64,000 bases of DNA from Gemmatimonadales bacterium. Its GTDB lineage: Bacteria; Gemmatimonadota; Gemmatimonadetes; Gemmatimonadales; GWC2-71-9. Location: NCBI GenBank assembly GCA_041577295.1, contig JBFGJG010000012.1:23153-87152 (forward strand). The letters run 5' to 3'. The translations under genes were made by a program, and so were the position numbers. Of this stretch, positions 21,097-31,230 are shown one piece after another; the first letter of the stretch is position 1, and the number at the start of each line of letters is the position of its first letter. The notes under the pieces were generated by a model. It worked only from the letters and a program-made list of their open reading frames with translations. It was not told the origin of the DNA and searched no databases.

Positions 21097-22302
21097 ATGA
21101 CAATCGCATTCATTATTCTAGTAACGCTGTCGCTGATCGAGGCGCTCGTCTCATTCCGCGACGGTCTTCGCTTCATGTGGCGGTTCCGTGCCGTGCCCAC
21201 CGAGCCCCCCGATCCGTGGCCCGCCGTGTCCCTGATACTGCCTTGTCGCGGGGTCGACCCGGGTCTCGAGCAGAATCTCACGGCTTTCTTCGGCCTCGAT
21301 TATCCCGACTTTGAAATCGTGTTGGTCACGGGGCACCGCTCCGATCCGGCGGTGGCTGTGATGGAGTCCGTGCAACGGCGGCACCCAGCGGTTCGCGCCA
21401 CCATTCACTATGCGGGAACGGCCCGAAGTCGGGGGCAAAAGGTTCACAACCTGCTGCACGCGTTACGCTACGTCCGGGAGAACACGACGATCCTGGCCTT
21501 CGGCGATTCGGACATCCGCCCGGATCGAGCTTGGTTGCGACATCTCGTTGCGCCCGTTGCGACGCGAGCGTGTGACGTCAGCACGGGATTCCGTTGGTAC
21601 GTCCCGCAGTCGTGGCGGTTTTGGTCCGTATTGCGTTCGGTCTGGAACGCGGGCATCGCGGGTCTGATGGGCTCGCCATCGGCCCCCTTTGCCTGGGGCG
21701 GGTCGATGGCGATCGGGCGCTCGACCTTCGAGGAAGCGCAGGTCGCAGCCTTTTGGGATGGCGCGCTGAGCGATGATTACGCCCTGACCAAGGCGATGCG
21801 CCAGGTTGGCAAGACCATCCGGTTCCAGCCAAGGTGTATCGGGTTCACTCACGAGGATTGCGAGCGCGACGAGTTCTTGGCGTGGCGGTACCGGCAGCTC
21901 GCTATTACACGGGTCTACCATCCGCAGCTCTGGCAACTAGGATTGCTCTCGGAGGTTGTCAACAACCTCTCATTCTGGGGTGGGCTCACCGTAGTCACTT
22001 TTTCGCTGCTGCGGGGTCTCGTGACTGGATCAGCGGTGCTTCTCGCGATCTTGCTGCTAGCGATATACCTCGTGCGATCTGCCAAGGCGTGGCTTCGCGT
22101 GAGGGCCGTCATGTCGCTTTACCCGGAGCACCGCTCGCGTCTCAAACGTTTTGGGTGGGCCTACGCCACGTGGGGGCCAGTGGCCTCCCTTGTGACGCTC
22201 ACCGGACTGGTACGAACCCTGTTCTCACGGGAAATCGAGTGGCGAGGTATCAGATACCGGATGCGGTCGCCCTTCGAAACAGAAGTGGTGGGGGGCGGAT
22301 GA
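21097..22302 (+). CDS. Membrane glycosyltransferase, GT2/GT21 (ceramide glucosyltransferase/HpnI-like)
   Basis: N-terminal TM, VSLILPCRG, KVHNL, FGDSD, WGGSMAI, SDD, WRYRQ, C-terminal TMs and IEWRGIRY. Confidence 0.85.
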   Translation: MTIAFIILVTLSLIEALVSFRDGLRFMWRFRAVPTEPPDPWPAVSLILPCRGVDPGLEQNLTAFFGLDYPDFEIVLVTGHRSDPAVAVMESVQRRHPAVRATIHYAGTARSRGQKVHNLLHALRYVRENTTILAFGDSDIRPDRAWLRHLVAPVATRACDVSTGFRWYVPQSWRFWSVLRSVWNAGIAGLMGSPSAPFAWGGSMAIGRSTFEEAQVAAFWDGALSDDYALTKAMRQVGKTIRFQPRCIGFTHEDCERDEFLAWRYRQLAITRVYHPQLWQLGLLSEVVNNLSFWGGLTVVTFSLLRGLVTGSAVLLAILLLAIYLVRSAKAWLRVRAVMSLYPEHRSRLKRFGWAYATWGPVASLVTLTGLVRTLFSREIEWRGIRYRMRSPFETEVVGGG

Positions 22303-23429
22303 AGCACCTCTACGTTCATGTGCCGTTTTGCAGACGACGCTGCGTCTATTGTGACTTCTCGATTGCCGTGCGCCGACAGATTCCGTCTGAGCGCTACATG
22401 ACGGCGGTGGTCCGCGAGCTGGAACAGCGCTTGGCGCGTGGCGGGTGGGAGATCGAGAGTCTCGACACGATCTACCTGGGCGGCGGGACTCCGTCGTTGC
22501 TGTCGCCAGACACCCTGGGTCGCTTACTCGCCGAGGTCGGCCGCCGAGTCTCCGTTTCCCCCAATGCGGAGGTGACCCTCGAAGCCAACCCGGACGATGT
22601 GAGCGCGGCCGCGGTGGAGGCCTGGGCCGCCGCCGGTATCAACCGTGTTTCCCTTGGTGTCCAATCGTTCGATGATGCCGTGTTGCGCTGGATGCATCGC
22701 ACGCACGATGCCGCGGCGATCGATCGCGCCGTGCGAACGTTTCGTACGGCTGGCGGTTTTGCCATCTCGTTGGATTTGATTTTCGGACTGCCGGATGACT
22801 TACCGGACACCTTTGCCAAAGATCTGGAGCGAGCCCTGGAGCTGGCCCCGGAGCATGTGTCGGTGTACGGTCTGACGGTGGAGCCGCGCACGCCGTTTGG
22901 ACGATGGGTGGCGCGCGAAGAGAGCGCCCCCGCTCCGGAAGCCCGGTTCGAACGCGAGTTTCTCCTGGCGCACACGATGCTCACGGGCGCCGGATTCGAG
23001 CACTATGAGGTGTCCAGCTACGCTCGCCCAGGACAACGATCACTCCATAACTCGTGCTATTGGTCGCGTCGTTCCTACGCGGGTCTGGGGCCGGCAGCAC
23101 ATTCGTTCCTGCCACCCACCAGGCGCTGGAACATGGCGCACTGGGCAGCGTACGAGTGCACGATCGAAGGTGGGGGTGACCCGCGGGAAGGCAGTGAGTA
23201 CATCGACCGAACGCGCGATCGTTTGGAACGTCTGTACCTTGGTCTCCGAACGGTGGAAGGTGTGCCCCTCGAGGACGTTGATCGCGAGATGCACGCCGAG
23301 GTCCTGGAGGCCGGGGACTTGCAGGGTTGGTTGGCGATGGATGCGGGACGCCTGCGGCTGACTCCGGCCGGTTGGTTGCGGCTGGATCAGCTCGCGGGAG
23401 TCTTGACCACCCTGGCTAATGGTGGCTAA
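22299..23429 (+). CDS. hemW: Radical SAM heme chaperone HemW
   Basis: ATG 22299 (ATGA overlap). YVHVPFCRRRCVYCDF, GGGTPS, EANP, HNSCYW. Located just upstream of hrcA. Confidence 0.92.
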   Translation: MKHLYVHVPFCRRRCVYCDFSIAVRRQIPSERYMTAVVRELEQRLARGGWEIESLDTIYLGGGTPSLLSPDTLGRLLAEVGRRVSVSPNAEVTLEANPDDVSAAAVEAWAAAGINRVSLGVQSFDDAVLRWMHRTHDAAAIDRAVRTFRTAGGFAISLDLIFGLPDDLPDTFAKDLERALELAPEHVSVYGLTVEPRTPFGRWVAREESAPAPEARFEREFLLAHTMLTGAGFEHYEVSSYARPGQRSLHNSCYWSRRSYAGLGPAAHSFLPPTRRWNMAHWAAYECTIEGGGDPREGSEYIDRTRDRLERLYLGLRTVEGVPLEDVDREMHAEVLEAGDLQGWLAMDAGRLRLTPAGWLRLDQLAGVLTTLANGG

Positions 23430-23432
23430 ATT
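23403..23432 (+). promoter_or_regulatory. Putative sigma-70 promoter for hrcA-dnaJ
   Basis: TTGACC-18 nt-TAAATT overlapping the hemW stop. Confidence 0.5.
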
Positions 23433-23455
23433 GCTGTCACAGAGGAACTTGAAGG

Positions 23456-24490
23456 ATGAGCAAAGAAGAACTTTCCGATCGCGAGCGACGCGTCCTTGAG
23501 GCGGTGATCCACTCGTATGTGGAGACCGCTGAGCCGGCCGGCTCGCGGACCATCGCTAAGAAGTTCGACCTCGGGGTGTCTGCGGCGACGATCCGCAATA
23601 CGATGAGCGACCTCGAGGATCGGGGCTATCTGTATCATCCGCACGCATCTGCGGGTCGCATTCCGACGGATCGCGCCTACCGGGTGTATGTCGACCGACT
23701 GATGGCGACCTCAAGGCCTACGGTGAGTGAGCAAGATGCGCTTCGCCGGGAGTTGGTTGGCAATCGGACCGCGATCGAAGAACTGCTGCAAAAAGCTGCG
23801 CAGATGCTTGGCGTGCTTACGCAGGAGCTCGGCCTTGCCATCGCACCGTCGTTTGACCGCACGGTTCTCGAGCGATTGGAGTTGGTGCGCGTGGCAGAAG
23901 ATCGGTTGCTCATGGTGCTGGTGCTGCGTGGCGGAGCGGCGCGCACAATCTTCGTGGAAGTGGCGAGCATGCTCCCGCCTGAGGCTGTGGCCGGGGTCTC
24001 ACTAGTCTTGAACGAGCGTCTCAGCGGCCTGTCACTCCGCGAGATCCGTACTACCTTGCGCGAGCGGCTTCGAGACGCCGCCACCGGGCAGGAAAAGGAG
24101 CTCCTCAACATTTTCATTGAAGAAGCAGATCACCTCTTCGAGATGCCCACCGCCGACGGGAGTGATGTGGTGCTCGGGAGTGCCAAGATGCTGGCCGACC
24201 AGCCAGAGTTCGCCTCGAACGAACAGATGCGAACACTGCTCGATCTCACCGAGAGACGGGATCTCTTGCGAGAGTCACTGCGGTCGCGGCACGAGCCCGG
24301 CATAAGCGTCAGCATCGGTGCGGAGAATCTCGATCCCAAGCTGAGCAGCTTTACGCTCGTATCGTCCAAGTACCGCTGTGGTGCGCTCACCGGCGTCATC
24401 GGGGTCATGGGGCCCACTCGCATGCCCTATCAGAAGGTGATGACGCTGGTCGGGCACACGAGTCGTCTCATGACCGATTTATTACGGTAG
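23456..24490 (+). CDS. hrcA: Heat-inducible transcription repressor HrcA
   Basis: SAATIRNTMSDLE, HASAGRIPT and GVMGPTRMPY. Confidence 0.96.
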   Translation: MSKEELSDRERRVLEAVIHSYVETAEPAGSRTIAKKFDLGVSAATIRNTMSDLEDRGYLYHPHASAGRIPTDRAYRVYVDRLMATSRPTVSEQDALRRELVGNRTAIEELLQKAAQMLGVLTQELGLAIAPSFDRTVLERLELVRVAEDRLLMVLVLRGGAARTIFVEVASMLPPEAVAGVSLVLNERLSGLSLREIRTTLRERLRDAATGQEKELLNIFIEEADHLFEMPTADGSDVVLGSAKMLADQPEFASNEQMRTLLDLTERRDLLRESLRSRHEPGISVSIGAENLDPKLSSFTLVSSKYRCGALTGVIGVMGPTRMPYQKVMTLVGHTSRLMTDLLR

Positions 24491-26001
<1,511 letters not shown>

Positions 26002-26025
26002 CGCCGCCCTGAGCCCGTGTCAGGC

Positions 26026-26054
26026 TTGATGGCGGTCTACGCTTTCGCTATGCT
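26026..26054 (+). promoter_or_regulatory. Putative sigma-70 promoter for rpsU
   Basis: TTGATG-17 nt-TATGCT, about 50 nt before the rpsU ATG. Confidence 0.55.
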
Positions 26055-26103
26055 TCGAAGCCCGGATCGGGAAGTGACTGAAGGCTCGCTAGTTCAGAAG
26101 GTT

Positions 26104-26301
26104 ATGTCCGAGGTGATCATCCACAACGACGAGAGCTTCGAGCGCGCACTCAGGCGCTTCAAGAAGAAGTGTGAAAAGGCCGGGATCCTCTCCGATCTGC
26201 GCAGGCATCGGCACTACGAAAAACCGAGTGAGCGTCGCAAGCGCAAAGTAAACGCCGCGCGGCGAAAACAGCGGCGATTCCAGCACTATCGACCGCGCTA
26301 A
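26104..26301 (+). CDS. rpsU: 30S ribosomal protein S21
   Basis: [36 protein letters not shown] 26104. Confidence 0.96.
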   Translation: MSEVIIHNDESFERALRRFKKKCEKAGILSDLRRHRHYEKPSERRKRKVNAARRKQRRFQHYRPR

Positions 26302-26475
26302 TTCGTTCCGCAGTGATTCACGGCAGCAGCGTTCTCCCTCGCCTTCCCAGTTGTTCGGACGCGTCACGGTGATCCGTCCCCGTGTAACTCGGGCCCGCGA
26401 TCACTCACGGAACGTCCATCGGGGCCAGCATGCCAAGCGATCGCAGGTGACAACAGCGCAAAATGACTCGAAGGG

Positions 26476-28749
26476 GTGCCGGTGACGGGCGTCGTGAGCG
26501 CCCCTTCCGCTATCTCCGACTTGGCGGACGCTCTCCTCGAACTCGAATTCGACAAAGCACTCGAACTGGTGGCTCGACGCGCGGTCGGTCCGCTGGGAGC
26601 GGACGCCATCCGCAAGCGGCGGCCCGGGACCGAAAAGGCCGCTATCCAGGCCGAGTTGGAGATGGTGGCGGAACTCGCGGGTGCTCTGTCCAGCGGCGAC
26701 GGCTTCGAACCGGTTTCCGTGCCTGACATAGCGGCGAGCGTTCGCACCCTCCGAGCAACGGGTGGCGTACTCGAAGGCTCGGCACTGGCTGAGCTCCTCC
26801 GTTCCTTTCAGGCAATGCGCGTGGTACACGACGGACTTCGCCGTGTGCGCGATGCCGCACCACGTGCTGCCTCGTTGGTCGTCGAGCTCCCACCAAAAGA
26901 CCTGACCGATCAATTCGCACGCGCGCTGGAGCCGGATGGCACCGTCAAGGACGATGCTTCACCGGAGCTGCGACGTGCTCGGCGCGATGTGCGCGAACTA
27001 CGCACGCGGCTGGTTGGCGTACTTCGGAAGATCGCCCGCGATGCAGATACCGGAGATGCCGATGTCACGGTGCGGGGTGGGCGTTACGTGATTCCGGTGC
27101 GCCGCGACGATCGCACCCGAATCCAAGGGCTTGTGCACGACGAGTCGAGTTCCGGTGCCACGCTGTTCGTGGAGCCCGTCGCGGCTGTGGAACTTGGCAA
27201 CGAGCTGCGCTCGGCGGAGGCTGCGGAGGCTCGCGCGATGCACGCCGTCTTGCTGGCACTCACCGAGGGGGCGCGAGACGCGGTCGACTCCATAGAGCTG
27301 GGCTGGACCATGTGCATCCAGGCGGATGATCTCTACGCACGGGCGCGCTACATGATCGACTGTCGGTCCAGCATGCCCACCCTCGTCGATGCACCCGCCG
27401 TTCCATCTCTTCGTCGCGCCTACCACCCGTTGATTCTCGACGAGTCGGCGACTCCGGTCCCGTTCGATCTCATCCTGGCCGCGTCCCACCGCACTTTGCT
27501 CGTGAGCGGCCCCAATGCCGGCGGGAAGACCGTGCTGCTCAAGGCCATCGCGCTCATCAGCGGTATGGCGCAGGCTGGGATCGTGCCACCGATCGGTCCC
27601 GAAAGCGTGTTACCCGTGTTCCGGCGGTTCTTTGCCGATATCGGCGATCACCAATCCATCGAGGACAACCTGTCTACGTTCAGTGCCCGAGTGGCGTCGC
27701 TGCGACACATCCTAGTGGAAGCGGATGAGCGTTCACTCGTGCTGTTGGATGAGATTGGCGCGGGCACGGATCCCTTCGAAGGGGCGGCGCTTGCCGGCGC
27801 CGTGCTGCTGAGCCTCACGAGCCGTGGCGCGCTCACGATCGCGACCACGCACCTGAGCCAGCTGAAAGACCTCGCGGCGGCGAATCCGGGTTTTCTCAAT
27901 GGATCGCTCGAGTTCGATGCCGACACATTGGCGCCAACGTACCGGCTCCAGCTCGGTCAGCCCGGTCGATCCTACGGCCTCGCGATTGCGCGACGCCTCG
28001 GGTTGCCGGGTGACGTGTTGGCGAAGGCGGACGAACTCATTCCGGAGAGCGCCAAATCCCTCGAGGCCGCCCTTGCGGATGTGGAGACTGCCGCGGCCGA
28101 TCTGCGCGAGCGCACCGCCCAGCTCGAACGCGACGAGGCCCGGGTGGCTGCAGCGCAGGCGCAGGTGGCCACGCAAGAATCCGACGTCGCGCAACGGCTC
28201 GATGAGGTGCGGCGCCGCGAGCGAGAGCTCGAGCGTGAGGGCCGTGAACAGGCGCGCCAGTTCCTGCTCGAGGCCCGCAAACGAGTTGAGGAGGCGTTGA
28301 GCGTGGCTCGCGCCGCCGTCGATGAGGCGACAGCGAAGGAAGCACGCCGTCTGGTCGAGCAGGGCGTCGCCGCGGAGGCAGACGCGCTCAAGACACTTGC
28401 GGATAAAGGGTGGACAGTGAAGGGGCAACCGGGGCAAAGTGTGGAAGAACCGGAGCCCACCGGGCGGACACCCGTGAAAAGCCGCACAGTCGCGGCCGAA
28501 ACCGCCACGTCCGAGATCGACCTCCGCGGGATGACGGCCGCCGAGGCGGAGGCTCTCATCCCCACGGCCATCGACCAAGCCGTGATGGCGGACCTGCCCT
28601 GGCTGCGTATCATCCACGGAAAGGGTGGCGGCGTCCTTCGAAAAACAGTGGCCGAGGTCTTACGGCGGGACCGCCGGGTGGTGCGTTTTCGTCTTGCACT
28701 GCCGCACCAAGGTGGGGCGGGCGTCACCATCGCCGAGTTCACGGGTTGA
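26476..28749 (+). CDS. mutS2: MutS2 (ATPase, coiled coil, Smr)
   Basis: LEFDK, SSSGATLFVEP, GPNAGGKT, LSTFS, LLDEIGAGTDP, TTH, Smr IDLRG..IIHGKGGGVLR..GGAGVT. Confidence 0.93.
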   Translation: MPVTGVVSAPSAISDLADALLELEFDKALELVARRAVGPLGADAIRKRRPGTEKAAIQAELEMVAELAGALSSGDGFEPVSVPDIAASVRTLRATGGVLEGSALAELLRSFQAMRVVHDGLRRVRDAAPRAASLVVELPPKDLTDQFARALEPDGTVKDDASPELRRARRDVRELRTRLVGVLRKIARDADTGDADVTVRGGRYVIPVRRDDRTRIQGLVHDESSSGATLFVEPVAAVELGNELRSAEAAEARAMHAVLLALTEGARDAVDSIELGWTMCIQADDLYARARYMIDCRSSMPTLVDAPAVPSLRRAYHPLILDESATPVPFDLILAASHRTLLVSGPNAGGKTVLLKAIALISGMAQAGIVPPIGPESVLPVFRRFFADIGDHQSIEDNLSTFSARVASLRHILVEADERSLVLLDEIGAGTDPFEGAALAGAVLLSLTSRGALTIATTHLSQLKDLAAANPGFLNGSLEFDADTLAPTYRLQLGQPGRSYGLAIARRLGLPGDVLAKADELIPESAKSLEAALADVETAAADLRERTAQLERDEARVAAAQAQVATQESDVAQRLDEVRRRERELEREGREQARQFLLEARKRVEEALSVARAAVDEATAKEARRLVEQGVAAEADALKTLADKGWTVKGQPGQSVEEPEPTGRTPVKSRTVAAETATSEIDLRGMTAAEAEALIPTAIDQAVMADLPWLRIIHGKGGGVLRKTVAEVLRRDRRVVRFRLALPHQGGAGVTIAEFTG

Positions 28750-30533
28750 CGATCCCCGACGAAGTCATCGAGCGAGTGCGCGACGCGGCCGACATCGTGG
28801 CGGTAGTTGGAGAGCACGTCCAGCTGAAGCGAACCGGTTCGGACTACCGCGGTCCGTGTCCCTTCCACGGAGGCACCCATCGGAACTTCGCGGTCATCCC
28901 CAAGAAGCAGATGTTCTACTGCTTCGTGTGTCATGAAGGTGGTGATGTATTCACCTTCTTGATGAAAAAGTTGGGATTGGAGTATCCAACGGCGGTCCGG
29001 GACGTCGCACGGCGGTGCGGTATTGCAATCCCCGAACGCCCCTCCGGGGGCCCGGATCCGCGAGAGCCGTTGTTCACGGCCGCCGCCGCGGCGGCCGAAT
29101 GGTACGCACGCCAGCTCATCGAGTCTGACGACGCCCGCAACGCCAGGAGTTACCTGGACCGGCGCGGCTTTGATATGGAGAAAGCGGCCCTGCTGGGGTT
29201 GGGGTTTGCGCCGGGCGGCAAAGCGTTTTTGGGTGCGATGGAGACGCTCGGGATCTCCACCGACACGCTCACCGAAGCGGGCCTGGCATTGCAACGGGAG
29301 GGGAGGCCGCTCCGGCCGCGCTTCTGGAACCGCCTTGTCTTTCCGATTCACGATTTGCGAGGACGTGTCGTGGGGTTTGGTGGAAGGGTGCTCGGCGACG
29401 GCGAGCCCAAGTATCTGAACTCTCCCGAGACTCCGATCTATCACAAAGGAGAACTCCTCTACAACCTGCACCAGGCAAAGCACGCCATTCGCAAAGCGGA
29501 GCGCGCGGTGGTGGTCGAGGGGTACTTCGATGTGCTGCGCCTGGTAGATGTCGGAATCGAGGAGGTCGTCGCCCCCTTGGGTACCGCGTTGACGCGCGGA
29601 CAAGCGCGGCTGCTCAAGCGCTACACCAAGACAGTTACGTTGCTGTACGACAGCGATCTTCCCGGCCTGCGCGCGACGTTCCGCGCCGCCGACGAGCTGC
29701 TGCGAGAGCGCGTCCGGGTGCTCGTGGCGACGCTCCCCCAGGGGGAGGACCCAGACACCATCGCTGGCTCCGCTGGGGCGGCAGCTGTGGAGGCGTTGCT
29801 CCGCGACGGGATCGATGTGCTCGAGCGAAAGATCCAGTTGCTCGAACAACGAGGCTGGCTCGGTTCCCTCGCCGGTCGGCGCCGGGCGCTCGATCGGTTG
29901 CTGTCGACGCTGCGATCCGCGACTGACCCCGTCACTCAGGATCTCTACGTCAACCGAACAGCAGAAGCGCTTGGGGTGGCTCGCGAGTCCGTGCTGCGGG
30001 AATTACAGACTGGGCAGTGGTCGGCGCCGGCCGAGCCCCGGCCGCCGCGCCGGTTGGAGGAACCCGCTCCGTTACCCCCTCGGCGGTCGCGCGGTCCCGA
30101 GTGGCAACTGTTGCGTGTGATGGTTCATGAGCCGTCCTGGCGTCCGCGCATTGCCCAGCACCTGCCGAGCCGCTTGCCACCCGACGGTGCCGCGCGCCGA
30201 CTGCTCGAGATGTTGGCCGCCACCGACCCAGGTGTACCGGCTAGCGAGTTGGTGCCCGATACCGTTGGAGAGGTGCGCGGATTACTCGTCGAGCTTCTGG
30301 GCGAGGAATGGAGCGTGCCCAACCTCGATGCGGAAGTGGAGGGCGCACTCAACCGATTGGAGGCCAGGAGTCTCGATGACCGCCTTACCAAACTAGACCG
30401 TCAAATGTCTCTCGCTTCGGAGGATGAAAAGACAGATCTCTTACGTGAAAAGGAAATGCTCGTACGGATGAGGCAAAAAATCGATCACTCGGATTGGAAA
30501 GTGATACACGCTGGGAGGAGTCGTGCACGCTGA
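28746..30533 (+). CDS. dnaG: DNA primase
   Basis: TTG start 28746. Zinc finger CPFH..CFVC, KYLNSPET, TOPRIM VEGYFD..YDSD, GEDPD. Confidence 0.96.
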   Translation: MTIPDEVIERVRDAADIVAVVGEHVQLKRTGSDYRGPCPFHGGTHRNFAVIPKKQMFYCFVCHEGGDVFTFLMKKLGLEYPTAVRDVARRCGIAIPERPSGGPDPREPLFTAAAAAAEWYARQLIESDDARNARSYLDRRGFDMEKAALLGLGFAPGGKAFLGAMETLGISTDTLTEAGLALQREGRPLRPRFWNRLVFPIHDLRGRVVGFGGRVLGDGEPKYLNSPETPIYHKGELLYNLHQAKHAIRKAERAVVVEGYFDVLRLVDVGIEEVVAPLGTALTRGQARLLKRYTKTVTLLYDSDLPGLRATFRAADELLRERVRVLVATLPQGEDPDTIAGSAGAAAVEALLRDGIDVLERKIQLLEQRGWLGSLAGRRRALDRLLSTLRSATDPVTQDLYVNRTAEALGVARESVLRELQTGQWSAPAEPRPPRRLEEPAPLPPRRSRGPEWQLLRVMVHEPSWRPRIAQHLPSRLPPDGAARRLLEMLAATDPGVPASELVPDTVGEVRGLLVELLGEEWSVPNLDAEVEGALNRLEARSLDDRLTKLDRQMSLASEDEKTDLLREKEMLVRMRQKIDHSDWKVIHAGRSRAR

Positions 30534-31230
30534 TTTAGAGGTATTACTCGAGTTGCAGGAGAAAGACAAAGCCGTCATGCAGATTGAGGATGATATTCGA
30601 TCTGTCGAACCGGTGATTCAGGAGCTGGATGCGGAGTGCGCTAAGGTCGAAGCTCAAGTTGCAGCCGCGCGCAAGCGGGTCGAAGAGGCGGACGTGCGGC
30701 GTGGCGAGCTCGAGAGTAAGATCGAAAGCTATCGCGTGATGCAGGAACGGCGTCGGCAACGCCTTGAGTGGGTGCGAGGTGCCAAAGAGGCGTCGGCCAT
30801 CATGGCGGAGCTCGATCTCGCGCGGGGCGTGTTGGCCAAGGAGGAAGCCGAATGGCTGCGGTCTGCCGACAAGGTCCAGGAGGCAGAGCGAATCACCGCC
30901 GAGGCGGAGCAGGCGCTGGAACAGTTAAAGGTGGCGCAAGCGCCCAAACGGGAGGAGTTGGCCGCCAAGCGAGCGGAGTGCGAGGATCGGTTGACGGCCG
31001 CGAGGCGAGATCGCACGGAAACCGCCAAACAAGTCAAGGAAAATCTCCGCGAGATGTATGAGCGGATCCGCCAGGGACGAGCGCCGCTCGTGCTCTACCC
31101 GCTTCAGGGCGGGGCGTGCGGCTATTGTTACACCGCTGTCCCGCTCAATCGACGGCAAAAGATCCTCAACGGGCAAGCCGTGGAAGCCTGTGAGGCGTGT
31201 GGTGTGTTGATCTACGATTCCAGTGAATGA
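30523..31230 (+). CDS. Coiled-coil protein with C4-type zinc ribbon (CT398/HP0958-like)
   Basis: Long coiled coil followed by CGYC...CEAC. Confidence 0.85.
   Translation: MHADLEVLLELQEKDKAVMQIEDDIRSVEPVIQELDAECAKVEAQVAAARKRVEEADVRRGELESKIESYRVMQERRRQRLEWVRGAKEASAIMAELDLARGVLAKEEAEWLRSADKVQEAERITAEAEQALEQLKVAQAPKREELAAKRAECEDRLTAARRDRTETAKQVKENLREMYERIRQGRAPLVLYPLQGGACGYCYTAVPLNRRQKILNGQAVEACEACGVLIYDSSE

Noticed and set aside
21834..22298. Long N-terminal extensions in the ORF track (hemW, dnaG 28410, xseA 49161, folD 48409, MBL 40590, infC 41777)
   Set aside because: The extensions overlap upstream genes or leaders. Family homology begins at downstream starts with typical 1-11 bp overlaps.
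26302..26475. Possible tRNA/ncRNA in the rpsU-mutS2 gap (GTGATC/GATCAC, GGACG/CGTCC pairings)
   Set aside because: No cloverleaf or T-loop. The short stems are plausible by chance at this GC content.
27972..29849. 625-aa minus-strand ORF, and many other long antisense ORFs such as 10425-11576, 35778-36827 and 47781-48770
   Set aside because: They lie antisense to well-conserved genes and have no recognisable motifs. These are shadow ORFs expected from high-GC codon bias.
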